This document shows, piece by piece, positions 31,001-40,300 of a DNA stretch of 64,000 nucleotides; position 1 is the first letter of the stretch, and each line of letters starts with the position of its first letter. A program made the position numbers and the translations under genes. Source of the stretch: Candidatus Hydrogenedentota bacterium (GTDB lineage Bacteria > Hydrogenedentota > Hydrogenedentia > Hydrogenedentales > JAEUWI01); the NCBI GenBank assembly GCA_034669905.1, contig JAXMOL010000014.1, forward strand, positions 81,527 through 145,526, given 5' to 3'. The notes under the pieces are model-generated. The model was not told the DNA's origin, ran no database searches, and was given only the letters and a program-made list of their open reading frames with translations.

Positions 31001-32166
31001 GTATCCCCATTCGCAATTACCGTATTTAACTCACCACCGGTTATCTGGCCATTGCCATTCCGGTCCAGCCGATCAAACCCGTCGGTGTCCAGTGCTTCCA
31101 CAATGGTCTGGGCTTCCGCAAGATTCAGCGCACCGCTCTCGTCTTCGTCGGCCGCGGAAAAATCATCGAGGAGCAACTGCGCGATTTCCGTATCCAAAAG
31201 TGCGCCTGCGGTCGTGAGCTCCGCTTCCGAAAGCTCATCGCTTCCGTCCGTGTCAATCCGGTCAAAGGCGGCACTGGTCAACCCGGACACGATCGTGCGC
31301 GCTTCATTCAACGAGAGGCCTTCGCTCTGGTTACCATCGGCCGTCGCAAACTCTTCGAGCAGCAGGCGGGCATTCTCCCGATCCGCAGCATCCGTTCCCA
31401 ACAAGCCAATATTACAGCCCTGAATGACATTGTCGTCCGCATCTTCCCCATCAATCACGATGCCCCGCTGCTGGAAGTTCACGATCGTGAGGCCAATGAT
31501 TTTATTGTTGGGAGAGTTAATCGTCAGTCCGCTGCCCGCGCCGCGAAAGTTCTTTAACTCGTCTTCATCCAGCACATCGTCGTTGTTGGTATCCAGATAT
31601 TCAAAGTCGGGCACACGCAGATCCCCGAAATTGTGAATAACCTCCGAAAGATCCGAACCGGTAAGCCCCAGCGTTTCCCCATAGGTGAGGTCTTCGCTCA
31701 TGTCATCATCAAGGTCGTTAAACTTGGCTACCAACGCATCCCGGTAACCCAGCAGACGCTCGGTCACGGTGCTGCCGTCCAACACGAAATGCTCTTCTTC
31801 CATGGACATGATGGTCACGCCATCGGGATCCGTCAGGGGAGGAAGATCGTAGCGAAGGAAAAAGGTCCGCGCAGGAACAAGGATGTAGTCGTGCCCTTCG
31901 AGCGCATTCGCTTCTTCGATAGCCGACCGTAAGGTCGTCTGGCCACCGCCAAGAATTCGCTCGGCCACACCGTCGCCCGGCTGGGCGTCACGATCATCAC
32001 CGCAGTCAAAGTTATTGACTCCGCAAATCGAATTGAATTGATTTACGACATAGACTTCGCCGTGCGCCGTCCCTGTCGTCACCCCGCACAACGCGAGCAG
32101 CATAACCAGTCGGATCCCGATCGATCCCCATACGTTCCCAAACAAACCACCGTGGATTTTACGCAT
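25069..32166 (-). CDS. 2365-aa surface protein: beta-helix repeats, EF-hand-like repeats, Ig I-set, five DUF5011-like Ig repeats, DUF1565-like module, C-terminal anchor
   Basis: Signal peptide; TLRSAIEEAN/ISLREA; LLxxFxxADxxxSxxL repeats; YQW...DAGAYRCVV; five DTxxPVITLxG...GATAxDxCDG-type repeats; TM and basic tail. Confidence 0.85.
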   Translation of the reverse strand: MRKIHGGLFGNVWGSIGIRLVMLLALCGVTTGTAHGEVYVVNQFNSICGVNNFDCGDDRDAQPGDGVAERILGGGQTTLRSAIEEANALEGHDYILVPARTFFLRYDLPPLTDPDGVTIMSMEEEHFVLDGSTVTERLLGYRDALVAKFNDLDDDMSEDLTYGETLGLTGSDLSEVIHNFGDLRVPDFEYLDTNNDDVLDEDELKNFRGAGSGLTINSPNNKIIGLTIVNFQQRGIVIDGEDADDNVIQGCNIGLLGTDAADRENARLLLEEFATADGNQSEGLSLNEARTIVSGLTSAAFDRIDTDGSDELSEAELTTAGALLDTEIAQLLLDDFSAADEDESGALNLAEAQTIVEALDTDGFDRLDRNGNGQITGGELNTVIANGDTVGTTGTTNGNHEHGIAILGGADNNIIGGSDSDERNVISGNGTNELAEILDADDKVIGYLTLDLGHGVYISGASTTNNVVQGNYIGVDVSGVNPVPNGYAGVVIDGNASDNLIGGAGEGEGNIIARNGAPERGCPLSCGNASRPTYGKGVYVQGVGSTNNIVRGNVITRNVTDGVHFSGLASGEIGGAMEGAGNKISGHVNGTLGASNIRLTGCTNIRVEGNESTGSSLGFSIEGGSDLYIGSPGFGNLFSSNTTGVSIFNASDVFFYSNYVGVDVTGMSANPNAFSGIYVTQDVDNVRIGGMGEGEGNVISGNANDGIVVYQMTAGAGDQPVLFIQGNLIGTNKDGTAAIPNGLMGVLVGPQARRVLIGGTDAGEGNVISGNGVDGIRVGRRPDATGTPDNIKIFGNRIGLAATGTATIPNGANGVALLQVDEEVELGGFGAGEGNIIAGNLENGVRIKGGDTLDVSSLSTVRGNTIYGNTLKGIALEETANESIAAPVVTGVGPIAGTALANATVDIFSDDADEGQNYLGSTTADGSGDFTLAVDIGSLTANNITATATNTTTGSTSEFSEPLSLTPPTLTDNPDSVTVVAGEGFSLTVTATGSEPITYQWEVLPSGASEFEDVVDDATVSGAQTATLSNTGARLTDAGAYRCVVTNILGDTPSATATVIVIDADTNTAAVSTVSDVADGDTQSPAHLLKDPGEDGVISLREAIIAANNRAGADTISFTVGGTIFLTSGLPSLTDGGTTIDGAGTLVIDGSALGGNLVGLQLTSADNVLRGLTIVNFPGSGVEVVGASATGNVIADNYIGTNGSTAMGNGGHGVLIRNGASDNLVGGADADDRNIIASNTDSGVSLTDADTTGNRVIGNYIGVNAAGSASLANGEHGVLIQNQASDNEVGGTAEGEGNLISANSESGVYITSTDTTGNVVLGNGIGLNASGAATLGNVSSGVTVAGSASNNVIGGTDAGAGNTISGNGTGVRIDGAASLGNTIRGNEITDNLGVGIDLTNGGNGDLESPEIESATPISGTAEANSTVEIFADAEDEGETLVATVTADGAGLFEIDVDLTSYAGRFLTATATDADGNTSEFSDPLLVDLEPPVLTLLGSASLQIECGSGPYVDAGATATDDVDGNITNNIVVTILQGNTPVTEVSTTGLGSYTIRYEISDNAGQEATPLERSITVVDTEAPDLVLSGNSALVVNCASVYEDAGATATDACEGEVNVTVTGSVDTANPGVYVLTYEAQDSQGNVSTPITRTVTVADTTKPVITLLGSGSVTLECGTGYLDAGATVSDNCDADVTITTTNPVEPGTVGVYTVRYNATDASGNVAAEVIRVVNVVDTTVPVITLVGGADLTVACSDNFADPGATVQDACDGDLPAIVSGVVDSSEPGNYTLTYTASDAAGNVAIPVTRIVRVEDTTVPTIILNGSATVNVACNGMYDELGATASDACDGDLSNNIVISGSVDTTTSGQYFVNYDVTDSFGNVAQRVTRTVIVAQCPAPCETQCESDAANEIDEDGDGLSACVEACLGTSDNSIDSDGDGVPDNVEEETGSSPSTPDSEIDLDGDGLSQLEEFLIGSDPTDPNSPAESFFIAANGANATIGGSAASPWNTISYALEQVAPSATNPVRLIVGEGNYAEDVVLKPWVTLVGATGTVPRIEGTVFGANNSALENLEIAAFTSDDVMLVMDNVLMTVTNVIFRGSAARPAAGIMVDGSNTADSVVDGCLFTSLSVGIDVGGALPMIRRCTFENTSVAGVFVRATASISSGVSLGNVSDPSTGSNLFAGVVEGRAVINSLSTTLRAEQNDWGTTDVNAIQSNLVSGPVDVEPLLVPGTAGDTSSLFVTVWTAANQTRISTAEVTVTDSSGASVSVTRNRNGVYALPVLRSGSYAISVSAFGFEEQSTDVVLAVGELGSRIVALTSPVIKEGGPSCSPAKGPIGGIGSDMLLVALLLGVLLVSHRAGVRIRRDGRD

Positions 32167-32433
32167 CGTTTTACCTTACTTCGTTGTCAGGTTTACCCAC
32201 ACACGCGGGCGCAGATTTATATGCAGCCCACCCACACCCACGCGGCTCGGGCACGCACTCAATGCTCCCCATAGCTCCCATGGGGGTGAATTGTTGTCAT
32301 AAGTCTAGATAGCATATACCCTAAGTCGCGCTACCGCAACCCTTTTCTTAACACGGGAAGCGAAAAGTGTGAATTGCAGAAACGACGGAAGAACTCCGCG
32401 ACCGGACTCCGTCTCACGGCCCGAGCACGCCCC

Positions 32434-33876
32434 TCAGCGACCCAGCAACCCCGTCACCGTCGCCACCATTTCGGTTCGATTCACCGTCACCTGGCCGGTC
32501 TTGCCCGCCTCGCGGTAGGCCTCACGGTCATCAATATCTTCCCGACCGGCCTTGCCCACGTTAAGATCCTTCACCGAAACCACCCCCTGCGCCAGCTCAT
32601 CTTCACCAATAATAACCGCCACCGGAATGCCATAGTGATCCGCATGGCTCAACTGATTGCCCATCTGCATCTTTTTCTTGCTGGCAAAGAAGGTTTCCGT
32701 CCGAATTCCCCCTTCCCGCAATTCGCGGGCAATCTTCAAGGTCTCCGCCTTGGGCACGTTGCCCATGGTCACCACCAGGGCCTCCACCGCCGTCGGCGCC
32801 GCTTCCACCGCACCCAGGTGTTTCAAGGCCGCCAACAGGCGATCCAGCCCCACCGACATCCCCGTGCAGGGAATAGGCTGCTTCATAAAGCGTTCAACCA
32901 GTTGGTTATAGCGGCCGCCACCCATGACCGTGCCAAATTCACGGGCCTGGGGCAGAATCATCTCAAAAACCGGGCCCGTATAGTAATCCAGCCCCCGCGC
33001 AAGACTCGGGTCAAACTGCGCATGGGCCTCCGAAACCCCCAGCGCCTCCAGGGCATCCGCCAGCTCTGCCATTTCGGCCAGGGCCTCCTGCGCCAGCTTG
33101 GTATCCGTCAACGCCGCCGTCATCGCGTCAATAACCGACCGCCGATCCCCGCCCTCAATGGCAATAAACGTCAATACCCGCTCGATAACGTCCCCATCGA
33201 GCCCCACCCCGGCAATAGGATCACCGGAATCATCGATGCGACCCTCGCCCAATTCCTTGCGAATATTCTCCAGCCCCACCTTGCCGAGCTTGTCAATCAC
33301 CCGGAGCACGTGCTTCTGGCGGGCCGCTTCTTCAATACCGCAATCCGCCAGCAGGGCGTCGATAAGTTTCCGGTTATTAATAAGGACACGGTAGTCGGGC
33401 ACATTCAGCGCGGCCATTACCGCACACATGACCGCCACCACTTCGCCATCCACCGACACCGTCGCCGCGCCCGCCGCATCAATGTCTACCTGGGTAAACT
33501 GGCGAAAACGACCGGGACCCGGCTTGTCGGCGCGCCAGACGGGACCCATGGCATAGCGCCGGAAGGGGGCCTTGATCTGCTCCGGATATTGGGCCATAAG
33601 CCGGGCAAAGGGCACGGTAAGATCAAAGCGGAGCGCAATGGGGTCTTCTTCGGGACTCTCCAGGCGGAAGAGTTCTTTGTTGGTCTCTTCGCCGCCCGCG
33701 CCCAACAGGACATCCAGATGCTCTAAGGCGGGCGTTTCGACGGGCGAATAGCCATACAGTTCGAAAACCGCCTGAATACGACGAATCACCGCCGCGCGCA
33801 TCAGCGCGTCTCCGGGGAGAAAATCCTGAAAACCCTTGAGTGTGCGGGGCGCTACCAGCGCTTTTTTCCCAGCCAT
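32434..33876 (-). CDS. hisS: Histidine--tRNA ligase
   Basis: KGFQDFLP, LRFDLTVP, WRADKPGPGRFRQFTQVDID, LARGLDYYTG, GGGRY and C-terminal anticodon-binding domain. Confidence 0.97.
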   Translation of the reverse strand: MAGKKALVAPRTLKGFQDFLPGDALMRAAVIRRIQAVFELYGYSPVETPALEHLDVLLGAGGEETNKELFRLESPEEDPIALRFDLTVPFARLMAQYPEQIKAPFRRYAMGPVWRADKPGPGRFRQFTQVDIDAAGAATVSVDGEVVAVMCAVMAALNVPDYRVLINNRKLIDALLADCGIEEAARQKHVLRVIDKLGKVGLENIRKELGEGRIDDSGDPIAGVGLDGDVIERVLTFIAIEGGDRRSVIDAMTAALTDTKLAQEALAEMAELADALEALGVSEAHAQFDPSLARGLDYYTGPVFEMILPQAREFGTVMGGGRYNQLVERFMKQPIPCTGMSVGLDRLLAALKHLGAVEAAPTAVEALVVTMGNVPKAETLKIARELREGGIRTETFFASKKKMQMGNQLSHADHYGIPVAVIIGEDELAQGVVSVKDLNVGKAGREDIDDREAYREAGKTGQVTVNRTEMVATVTGLLGR

Positions 33877-34334
33877 GAAACCCTTACCTCTCCGTGACAT
33901 CCCGATTCTATTCGGATGCACCTCGCCTGAAAACTACCGGAGGATGGGCCGTCTTCCCCGAAATCGTGAAGCAATACCTTGACCCACCCGTGGACGTGGA
34001 GTGTAACAGAGGACGTGAAAATGGGTCAAAGATTGTCACTTACCGCCCTTCACCGAGGTATGGCCCCACAGGATGGTGCCTTGGCATACCCCCGTGACTG
34101 TCAATATTCGGGCGCAGGGCCTTCCCCATCCGCGCAAAAACTGATCAACCCTTGTGCAGATCTGACACATTCCGACGCAGTTCTGAGCAATGCTTCGTGC
34201 AAGTATCACCTCTTGAAAGGGATAAGCCCTTACAAAAGCCCCACTTACAAAGTTGGCACGAGTCTGGTATTGAATAGAGCAGTTCTAAATCGGAATACCA
34301 ACAGCATACGTAGGAAATGAAAGGCGTACATACC

Positions 34335-34544
34335 ATGAACATGAATGAACGCACCCACTCCAACGAAATGAACAACACCGAAGTCAACGGCTGGTTCGCC
34401 CAGCCCGGCCCCACGGAGAGCTTCCTCCGCAGCGCTCCCAAAGAACTCTGCGAGGCCAGCCACGAGTCCGCACCCCCAATCAAGCCCGACCCGAAGCTCT
34501 TTACCTCCGTTGGCCCAACCCCCGGTTTCGTCTACTGCCGATAG
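34335..34544 (+). CDS. Possible small hypothetical protein (69 aa)
   Basis: GAAAGG RBS-like sequence upstream; fills an otherwise empty intergenic gap; no recognisable domain. Confidence 0.45.
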   Translation: MNMNERTHSNEMNNTEVNGWFAQPGPTESFLRSAPKELCEASHESAPPIKPDPKLFTSVGPTPGFVYCR

Positions 34545-34554
34545 ACCGCCCGGT

Positions 34555-36927
34555 CTATCGCTGCAGAATGCTGGCCAGCCAGGCCTGGAGTTGCGGATTC
34601 TCCGGCTCCAGCGCGAGGAGCGCCTGACCATAGGTCCGGGCCTCGTCCCAGCGCTCCTCCTGGCTGTAGAAAATCACCAGCGCCTGCAACACCGATCCAT
34701 CCGACGGTGACAGGGCATGGGCACGAAGCAATGCGGCCTCCGCAGCGGCCCGCTTCTCCACGTGCTGAAGCAACAAACCATAGTTATAAAAGACCCGCCC
34801 CCGCTCCGGCATCAGCTCGGTTGCCCGCTTCATAAAGACCACCGCCTCTTCGAGACGCCCCTCTTCTGCCAGCAAAAGTCCCATCGAGTAATGGAGCTCC
34901 CCTTCATTGGGGGCCAGGCCGATGGCCTCCGTCAACAGATGCTCTGCTTCCCCGTTCCGCCCGCTGGCATTCAGCAGGTTCGCCAGATTGACCCGCGCGG
35001 GGATGAATTGGGCATCCCGCGTAATGGCCATCCGATAGGCCGCCTCCGCTTTTTCGACATTGCCCTCAGCGGCATACAGCAAACCGAGATTCAAATGCGC
35101 TTCGGGCTGGTCCCCGGTGGACAACTGAAGGGCCACATATTCGTCTCGCGCCGACGCCAGTCCCGACGTCACCTCCTCAGACAAGCCCGGTGCGCCCGCC
35201 AGCAATCGGGCCGCACTGATACGCACCGATGCCATGGAATCCATCACCAGGGGCCCCAGGACCTCCCCGCGCATTTCCGGTGGCAAGCGATCCATACCCC
35301 CCACCGCCTGACTACGGACCAGCGCCGACTCATCCTTCAGGCCCGCCAATAGTGCTTCCGACGCCTCGGCCCCCCCATAATTCTGCAGCAACTCCAGGGC
35401 CGTCGCACGCACGATGGCGGGCTGTTCGCCGTCTTTCGACAGGGTCGCCAGCGCAGCTTCCGCCTCCGGCTCCACCGCACGGCCCGCGGCCAACGTGGTG
35501 GCAAAATGCACCTTATCCTCCGGGGACTTTTCTCCATACCACGCGGTCACCGCTTCGGCCGCCCACGCGGCGTCCTGGTCGGTATGGCACTGGTTACAGG
35601 CATTGGGTGTTCCCAGGCTCACACTCAAATCAGGGCGGGGAATGCGGAAACTGTGGTCCCGCCGCTCATCAATGCCCATATAGGTCCGCGTGGGCATGTG
35701 GCAACTCACACATTGCGCCCCTTCCGATCCCGGCTCGTGAAAGTGGTGGGATTTGTCATCAAAAACGCCCGGCTTGAGCGTAGGAAACTGGGGCAGCTTC
35801 ACGTCCTGGTGACACCGCACACACAGGTCATTCCCCGGCACGATCAAGGTCGCCTTGTGGGGATCGTGGCAATCTGTGCAGCGCACGCCCGCGTGATACA
35901 TGGGACTCTGCACGAAAGAACCATAGACGTACACTTCATCCTGAATCTGACCATCGGGAAAATAGAGCTCCTCCCGCAGGGTGCTCAACTGAAAATTGTC
36001 CAGGAAACTGCGGTGGTGGTAGTCCTCTGCCTGGGCGGGTGCCCGTCGGGAGTGACACCGGGCACACTGATCCACCTGGTAGGACCCACCATGATTCTTG
36101 AAGTCCACCACCAGCCCGAGGGCATTGTAATCGGGACGCTCCATGACCGCGCCGTTCCGGGCCCAATCCATATGGGTCGATCCCGGGCCGTGGCACGACT
36201 GACATCCCACGTTGATATCGCTGAAGGTGGTCTTAAAGGTATTGGTCGCGTTATCGAAGCCCTTCTGCACATTCGTGCTGTGGCATTCGGCGCACATGTA
36301 ATTCCAATTCTGCAGGCGTCCCGTCCAATGGATAGGGTCCCCCGCCCGCATAGGCGCATCGGGATACAGGTGATACCACCGCTTCTGCACCACATCCCAC
36401 GCCACGGGCACACACTGATAGCGGCCCCCCGGAAAGGGCACGAGGTACTGCTGCAGGGGCGTCAGTCCAAAGGTGTAGGCCACCGTATAGATCTGCTCTT
36501 CACCCCCCCCCACACGATAGCCCACCTTGAAAGCAGCCCCGTCCTTAAAAAAGCGCCAGGTCTCGTCGAAGTGCTCAAAGGTTGTGTCATTGAAATCCGC
36601 CAGCACCGTCTCCGCCGTTGCGTGGTCCATGGCCCGCTCATGGTGGGAGCCCAGCCAGTCGCTGAACTGGTCTTCATGGCACTCCCGACAACTCACGTCT
36701 TTCACGAAGGCCGGCAATGTCGGGGAGTCCGCAATGGGTGCCGCCGCAGTCTCCGCAGGCGGCGCGGCCACCACCGCATCGGCGGGTTTCTCTGGAGCCA
36801 ACGACGTCACCGGCGCTTCACCACACCCTGCCAACACGCAGAACAACACCAACCCACAAAAACTTTTCACATGATCTCGCATTCCGACTCCAGGCACAAC
36901 CGACTTCGACTTAAAAGAAACCGCCAT
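34555..36927 (-). CDS. Multiheme c-type cytochrome lipoprotein with HEAT and TPR repeats
   Basis: Lipobox LAGC; eight CxxCH motifs (CRECH, CAECH, CQSCH, CARCH, CTDCH, CVRCH, CVSCH, CNQCH); RRDHSFRIPRPD; C-terminal HEAT/TPR repeats. Confidence 0.9.
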   Translation of the reverse strand: MAVSFKSKSVVPGVGMRDHVKSFCGLVLFCVLAGCGEAPVTSLAPEKPADAVVAAPPAETAAAPIADSPTLPAFVKDVSCRECHEDQFSDWLGSHHERAMDHATAETVLADFNDTTFEHFDETWRFFKDGAAFKVGYRVGGGEEQIYTVAYTFGLTPLQQYLVPFPGGRYQCVPVAWDVVQKRWYHLYPDAPMRAGDPIHWTGRLQNWNYMCAECHSTNVQKGFDNATNTFKTTFSDINVGCQSCHGPGSTHMDWARNGAVMERPDYNALGLVVDFKNHGGSYQVDQCARCHSRRAPAQAEDYHHRSFLDNFQLSTLREELYFPDGQIQDEVYVYGSFVQSPMYHAGVRCTDCHDPHKATLIVPGNDLCVRCHQDVKLPQFPTLKPGVFDDKSHHFHEPGSEGAQCVSCHMPTRTYMGIDERRDHSFRIPRPDLSVSLGTPNACNQCHTDQDAAWAAEAVTAWYGEKSPEDKVHFATTLAAGRAVEPEAEAALATLSKDGEQPAIVRATALELLQNYGGAEASEALLAGLKDESALVRSQAVGGMDRLPPEMRGEVLGPLVMDSMASVRISAARLLAGAPGLSEEVTSGLASARDEYVALQLSTGDQPEAHLNLGLLYAAEGNVEKAEAAYRMAITRDAQFIPARVNLANLLNASGRNGEAEHLLTEAIGLAPNEGELHYSMGLLLAEEGRLEEAVVFMKRATELMPERGRVFYNYGLLLQHVEKRAAAEAALLRAHALSPSDGSVLQALVIFYSQEERWDEARTYGQALLALEPENPQLQAWLASILQR

Positions 36928-36988
36928 TCTACAAGCCCCCTCACCCAAAAGCTACGGGGGCACCCCGCCGCGCCAGCCACGCCCATTC

Positions 36989-37136
36989 CGTGGAGTGCGT
37001 AAGCTTGCTTGCGCTAGCGATAAGCAAGCTTGCTTGGGGTATTACACCAACCAACTCGGCAGAGAGACGGGCACCGGACGCCGGGAGCAAGCCCCCTCAA
37101 TAAAGTAGCAGCAAGCTGCCACACTCCAAAGCGTCG
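36989..37136 (-). repeat. TGGAGTGCGGCAGCTTGCTGC palindromic element, copy 1
   Basis: Inverted ends TGGAGTGCGTAAGCTTGCTTGCGC and GCAGCAAGCTGCCACACTCCA; homologous to the copies at 52203 and 57873. Confidence 0.85.
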
Positions 37137-37320
37137 CCCTTTCGTGAGAAAGGCGTCCCGCCAGTCTAAAGCCAACGGACACTCAAGCGTGCTTGCGGCC
37201 TTTCACAAGCAGCGCAATGCACATCTCCAACAGGGGGTTGACCATTCCTGGTCGACACAAGGCCCACGCCAGGTTTCGCCGGGTGCGGGATGGTACGCAC
37301 ATGACGCACAAAAGAGAATG

Positions 37321-40300
37321 TCACCCCTTCGGCAATTTCGGTAACTTCAACGACGGCCGGGCGTGGAACTCCGGCAACTTCGGCGGATTCTCCGTCATCA
37401 TCTGCAGCACCCTGTCCAGTCCGGCCTGCAATTGCGGATCCTTCCCGGCCTTGTAATCCTGCGGCGCGATAAACACTTCCACATCGGGGTCAGTGCCGTA
37501 GTTCTCCACGCCCCACGCCACATCATCAAACCAGAAGGAATACTCCGGCTGGGTCGTGACGCTTCCATCCACCAATTCCGTGCTCGGATTGATACCAATA
37601 ACGCCGCCCCAGGTACGGGTCCCGATCAAGGGCCCCAGATTCATTCGCTTGAAACAATGGGAGAAAATATCACCATCCGAACCCGCGTTCTCATTGGTCA
37701 GCGCCACCATGGGCCCCAGCACCGATTCCCGGGGATAGGCCTCCGGTGTGTGCCAACGGGACACGTCATAACCCAGTCGCTCCCGCGCCAGTTTCTCCAG
37801 CAACAACTGAGACACATGCCCCCCGCCGTTGTAGCGCACATCGATAATCAGCGCGGGATAGTGCAGTTCCGGCAGCCAGCCCCGATGAAATTCCGCATAG
37901 CCCTGGGCGCCCATATTCGGAATGTGCACATAGCCCACTTGGCCCTTGCTGCGACGATGGACCTCTTCCCGATTACGATTCACCCAGGCACGATAGCGCA
38001 AGCCACTCTCACTGAAGAGCGTGGTCACCACGACCTCCCGCACCTTGCCCTTCCTGGGCTTGACGCGTAACGCGACCTCTTGTCCCCCGAGGTTCACCAG
38101 CGCGTGGCCCGGAGTCAACGACCGTGTCAGCGGTGTACCATTGATGGCCAAGATCACATCGCCCTCGCCCACATTGACCGCCGGCGCACACAAGGGGGAG
38201 CGCTGTTGTTCATCCCACGAATCTCCGACGACAATATCCCGTACCCGATATCCTTTCGCCTTGCCATCCCATTGAAAGGACGCCCCCAGTTTCCCCAGCG
38301 GCGTGCGCGGCACCTGACGATAGTCTCCACCCATTTCATAGGCATGTGACGTGCCCAGCTCCCCCTGCATCTCCCACATCAGATCCGACAACTCACTGCG
38401 ACACGCCACCCGATCCAGCAAGGGCACATAGCGCTCGTAGACGTGGGCCCAGTCGACACCCGACATGTTCTCATCCCAGAAATAATCCCGCTGAAGGCGC
38501 CAGGCCTCCCGTAACATTTGACGCCATTCGGCGGGCGGATCCACCGAGACGCGGACCCGGTCCAGATTGATCCAACCCGCACCCCGGCCACCATCTTTCA
38601 CCAACCCGTTACTCTTCGCGTCCGACGGTTTGTCCCCCGCCTTGATGACACGGAGGCGCTTCCCCGTGCGGTAGAGCAACGTCGTCCGGTCCCGGGATAC
38701 GGAAAAGCTGTCCACACCCGAAACCAGGCTGTCCTCTTTCATCGTCGCCAGATCGTAGGCATACAGGGTGCCACCGCTGGTCTTCGGATTCGTGCCATGG
38801 GTCGCCAAGGACCCTTTTACGTGATACTGGCTATAGAGTATTTTGCCCTTAATACCCACGATGCGCCCGTAGCGTCCCGCCCCCTTGGGAAAGGACAACA
38901 CGCGCCCGGGGAGACCCGCCACATCAATCGTAAGGGCGGGTGGCTTCTCCTTATCTTTTTTCTTCTTGTCTTTCCCCGCTGCCGGGGCGACTTCGGCTTC
39001 CAGCCGCGGCACGAAGGGGCTCGGCACGTCGGTGCGCAGCGGCACCACCATCAACTGCATGGCCTGCGGAAAGCCCAGGTCAAAATGAAGCGCATCGTAG
39101 ACCGGGTTATATTCGCGGTAGGAAATAAAATAGAGGTACTTGCCTTCGGGGTCCCAGGAGGGTGCCACATCATTGAACTCAGGGCGGGTCACGTCATGCT
39201 TCTTCCCCGTGCTCACGTGATACAAGCGAATTATGCGGGTACGTGACGTGGGAGCCACCGAGTAGGCAAGCCATTGTCCATCGGGCGACCACACGGCACC
39301 CGTTACCGGCGCATAATCACTTTGCTCGATGGTCGTTCCCGTGCCCTTCTTCAGGTCGGCCAGAATCAACTCGAAACGGTGGTTGCGCACGGCCGCCAGA
39401 TCGTCCTTGGGAGAAACGGCCACCCCCATAACATGGCCCACGTCAATACGATTGAAGGCCTTTGCCTTTTTTTGCCCCGTGGTGTCGACGATTTTCAGGC
39501 GTTCTTCGCCGCTGTCATCGGAAACTATCAGCATCCGCTTCGCATCATTCAACCACGTGGAGAGGCGGGCCCGACCTTCCCCATCCTGATGCTGTGGCAT
39601 CACCGGGCCTTCCCAGTTGCCCATTGTAAAGAGCTTGCCCCGGGCCGTAATCGCCAGGGCCTTCCCGTCGGGACGGAGGACATAGCCCTGCAGGTTGTTT
39701 GCAGCCGACACGAAACGCTGTCGGCGCTGCACCTGGGGACTCGGCATCGTAATATCCAGACAGCGGGAGGTATCCGTCTTCACGTCATAGCAGTAGCAAT
39801 TGGCCCCGGCGTGATACACAATCTGCTGACCATCCGTCGTGGCGCCCCGGGCGTAAAACTCGTCACCATGGGTATGGCGCTTAAGGGATTTCCCCGTCGG
39901 GGTGCAACTATAGAGATTCCCCACACCCTCGTGGTCGGAAAGGAAGTAAATGCGCTTGCCGATCCACATGGGCGACGTGATGTTGCCTTCGGCAGGTTGG
40001 AGCCGCTCAAAACTGCCGCTGCCATCCCGATCTATCCACAGCTGCCCCGCACGTCCTCCCCGGTAACGCTTCCATCGCGCCGGATCGCCCGTATTGCGGC
40101 CCAGCACCAATCCGCCACCCGGCCCCTCACTCAGATGGCTCGCCGGACCCCACGGCAATTCACGGGGCGCCCCCCCCGTCACCTTCACCGACCACAGTGT
40201 CCGTGCCCCCCCAAACGCAGAGGCACTGTCACTGGAATAGTAGATCTCCGTGCCGTCGGCCGACCATCCCGCCACCTGGGCCACCACGCCCTGATAGGTC

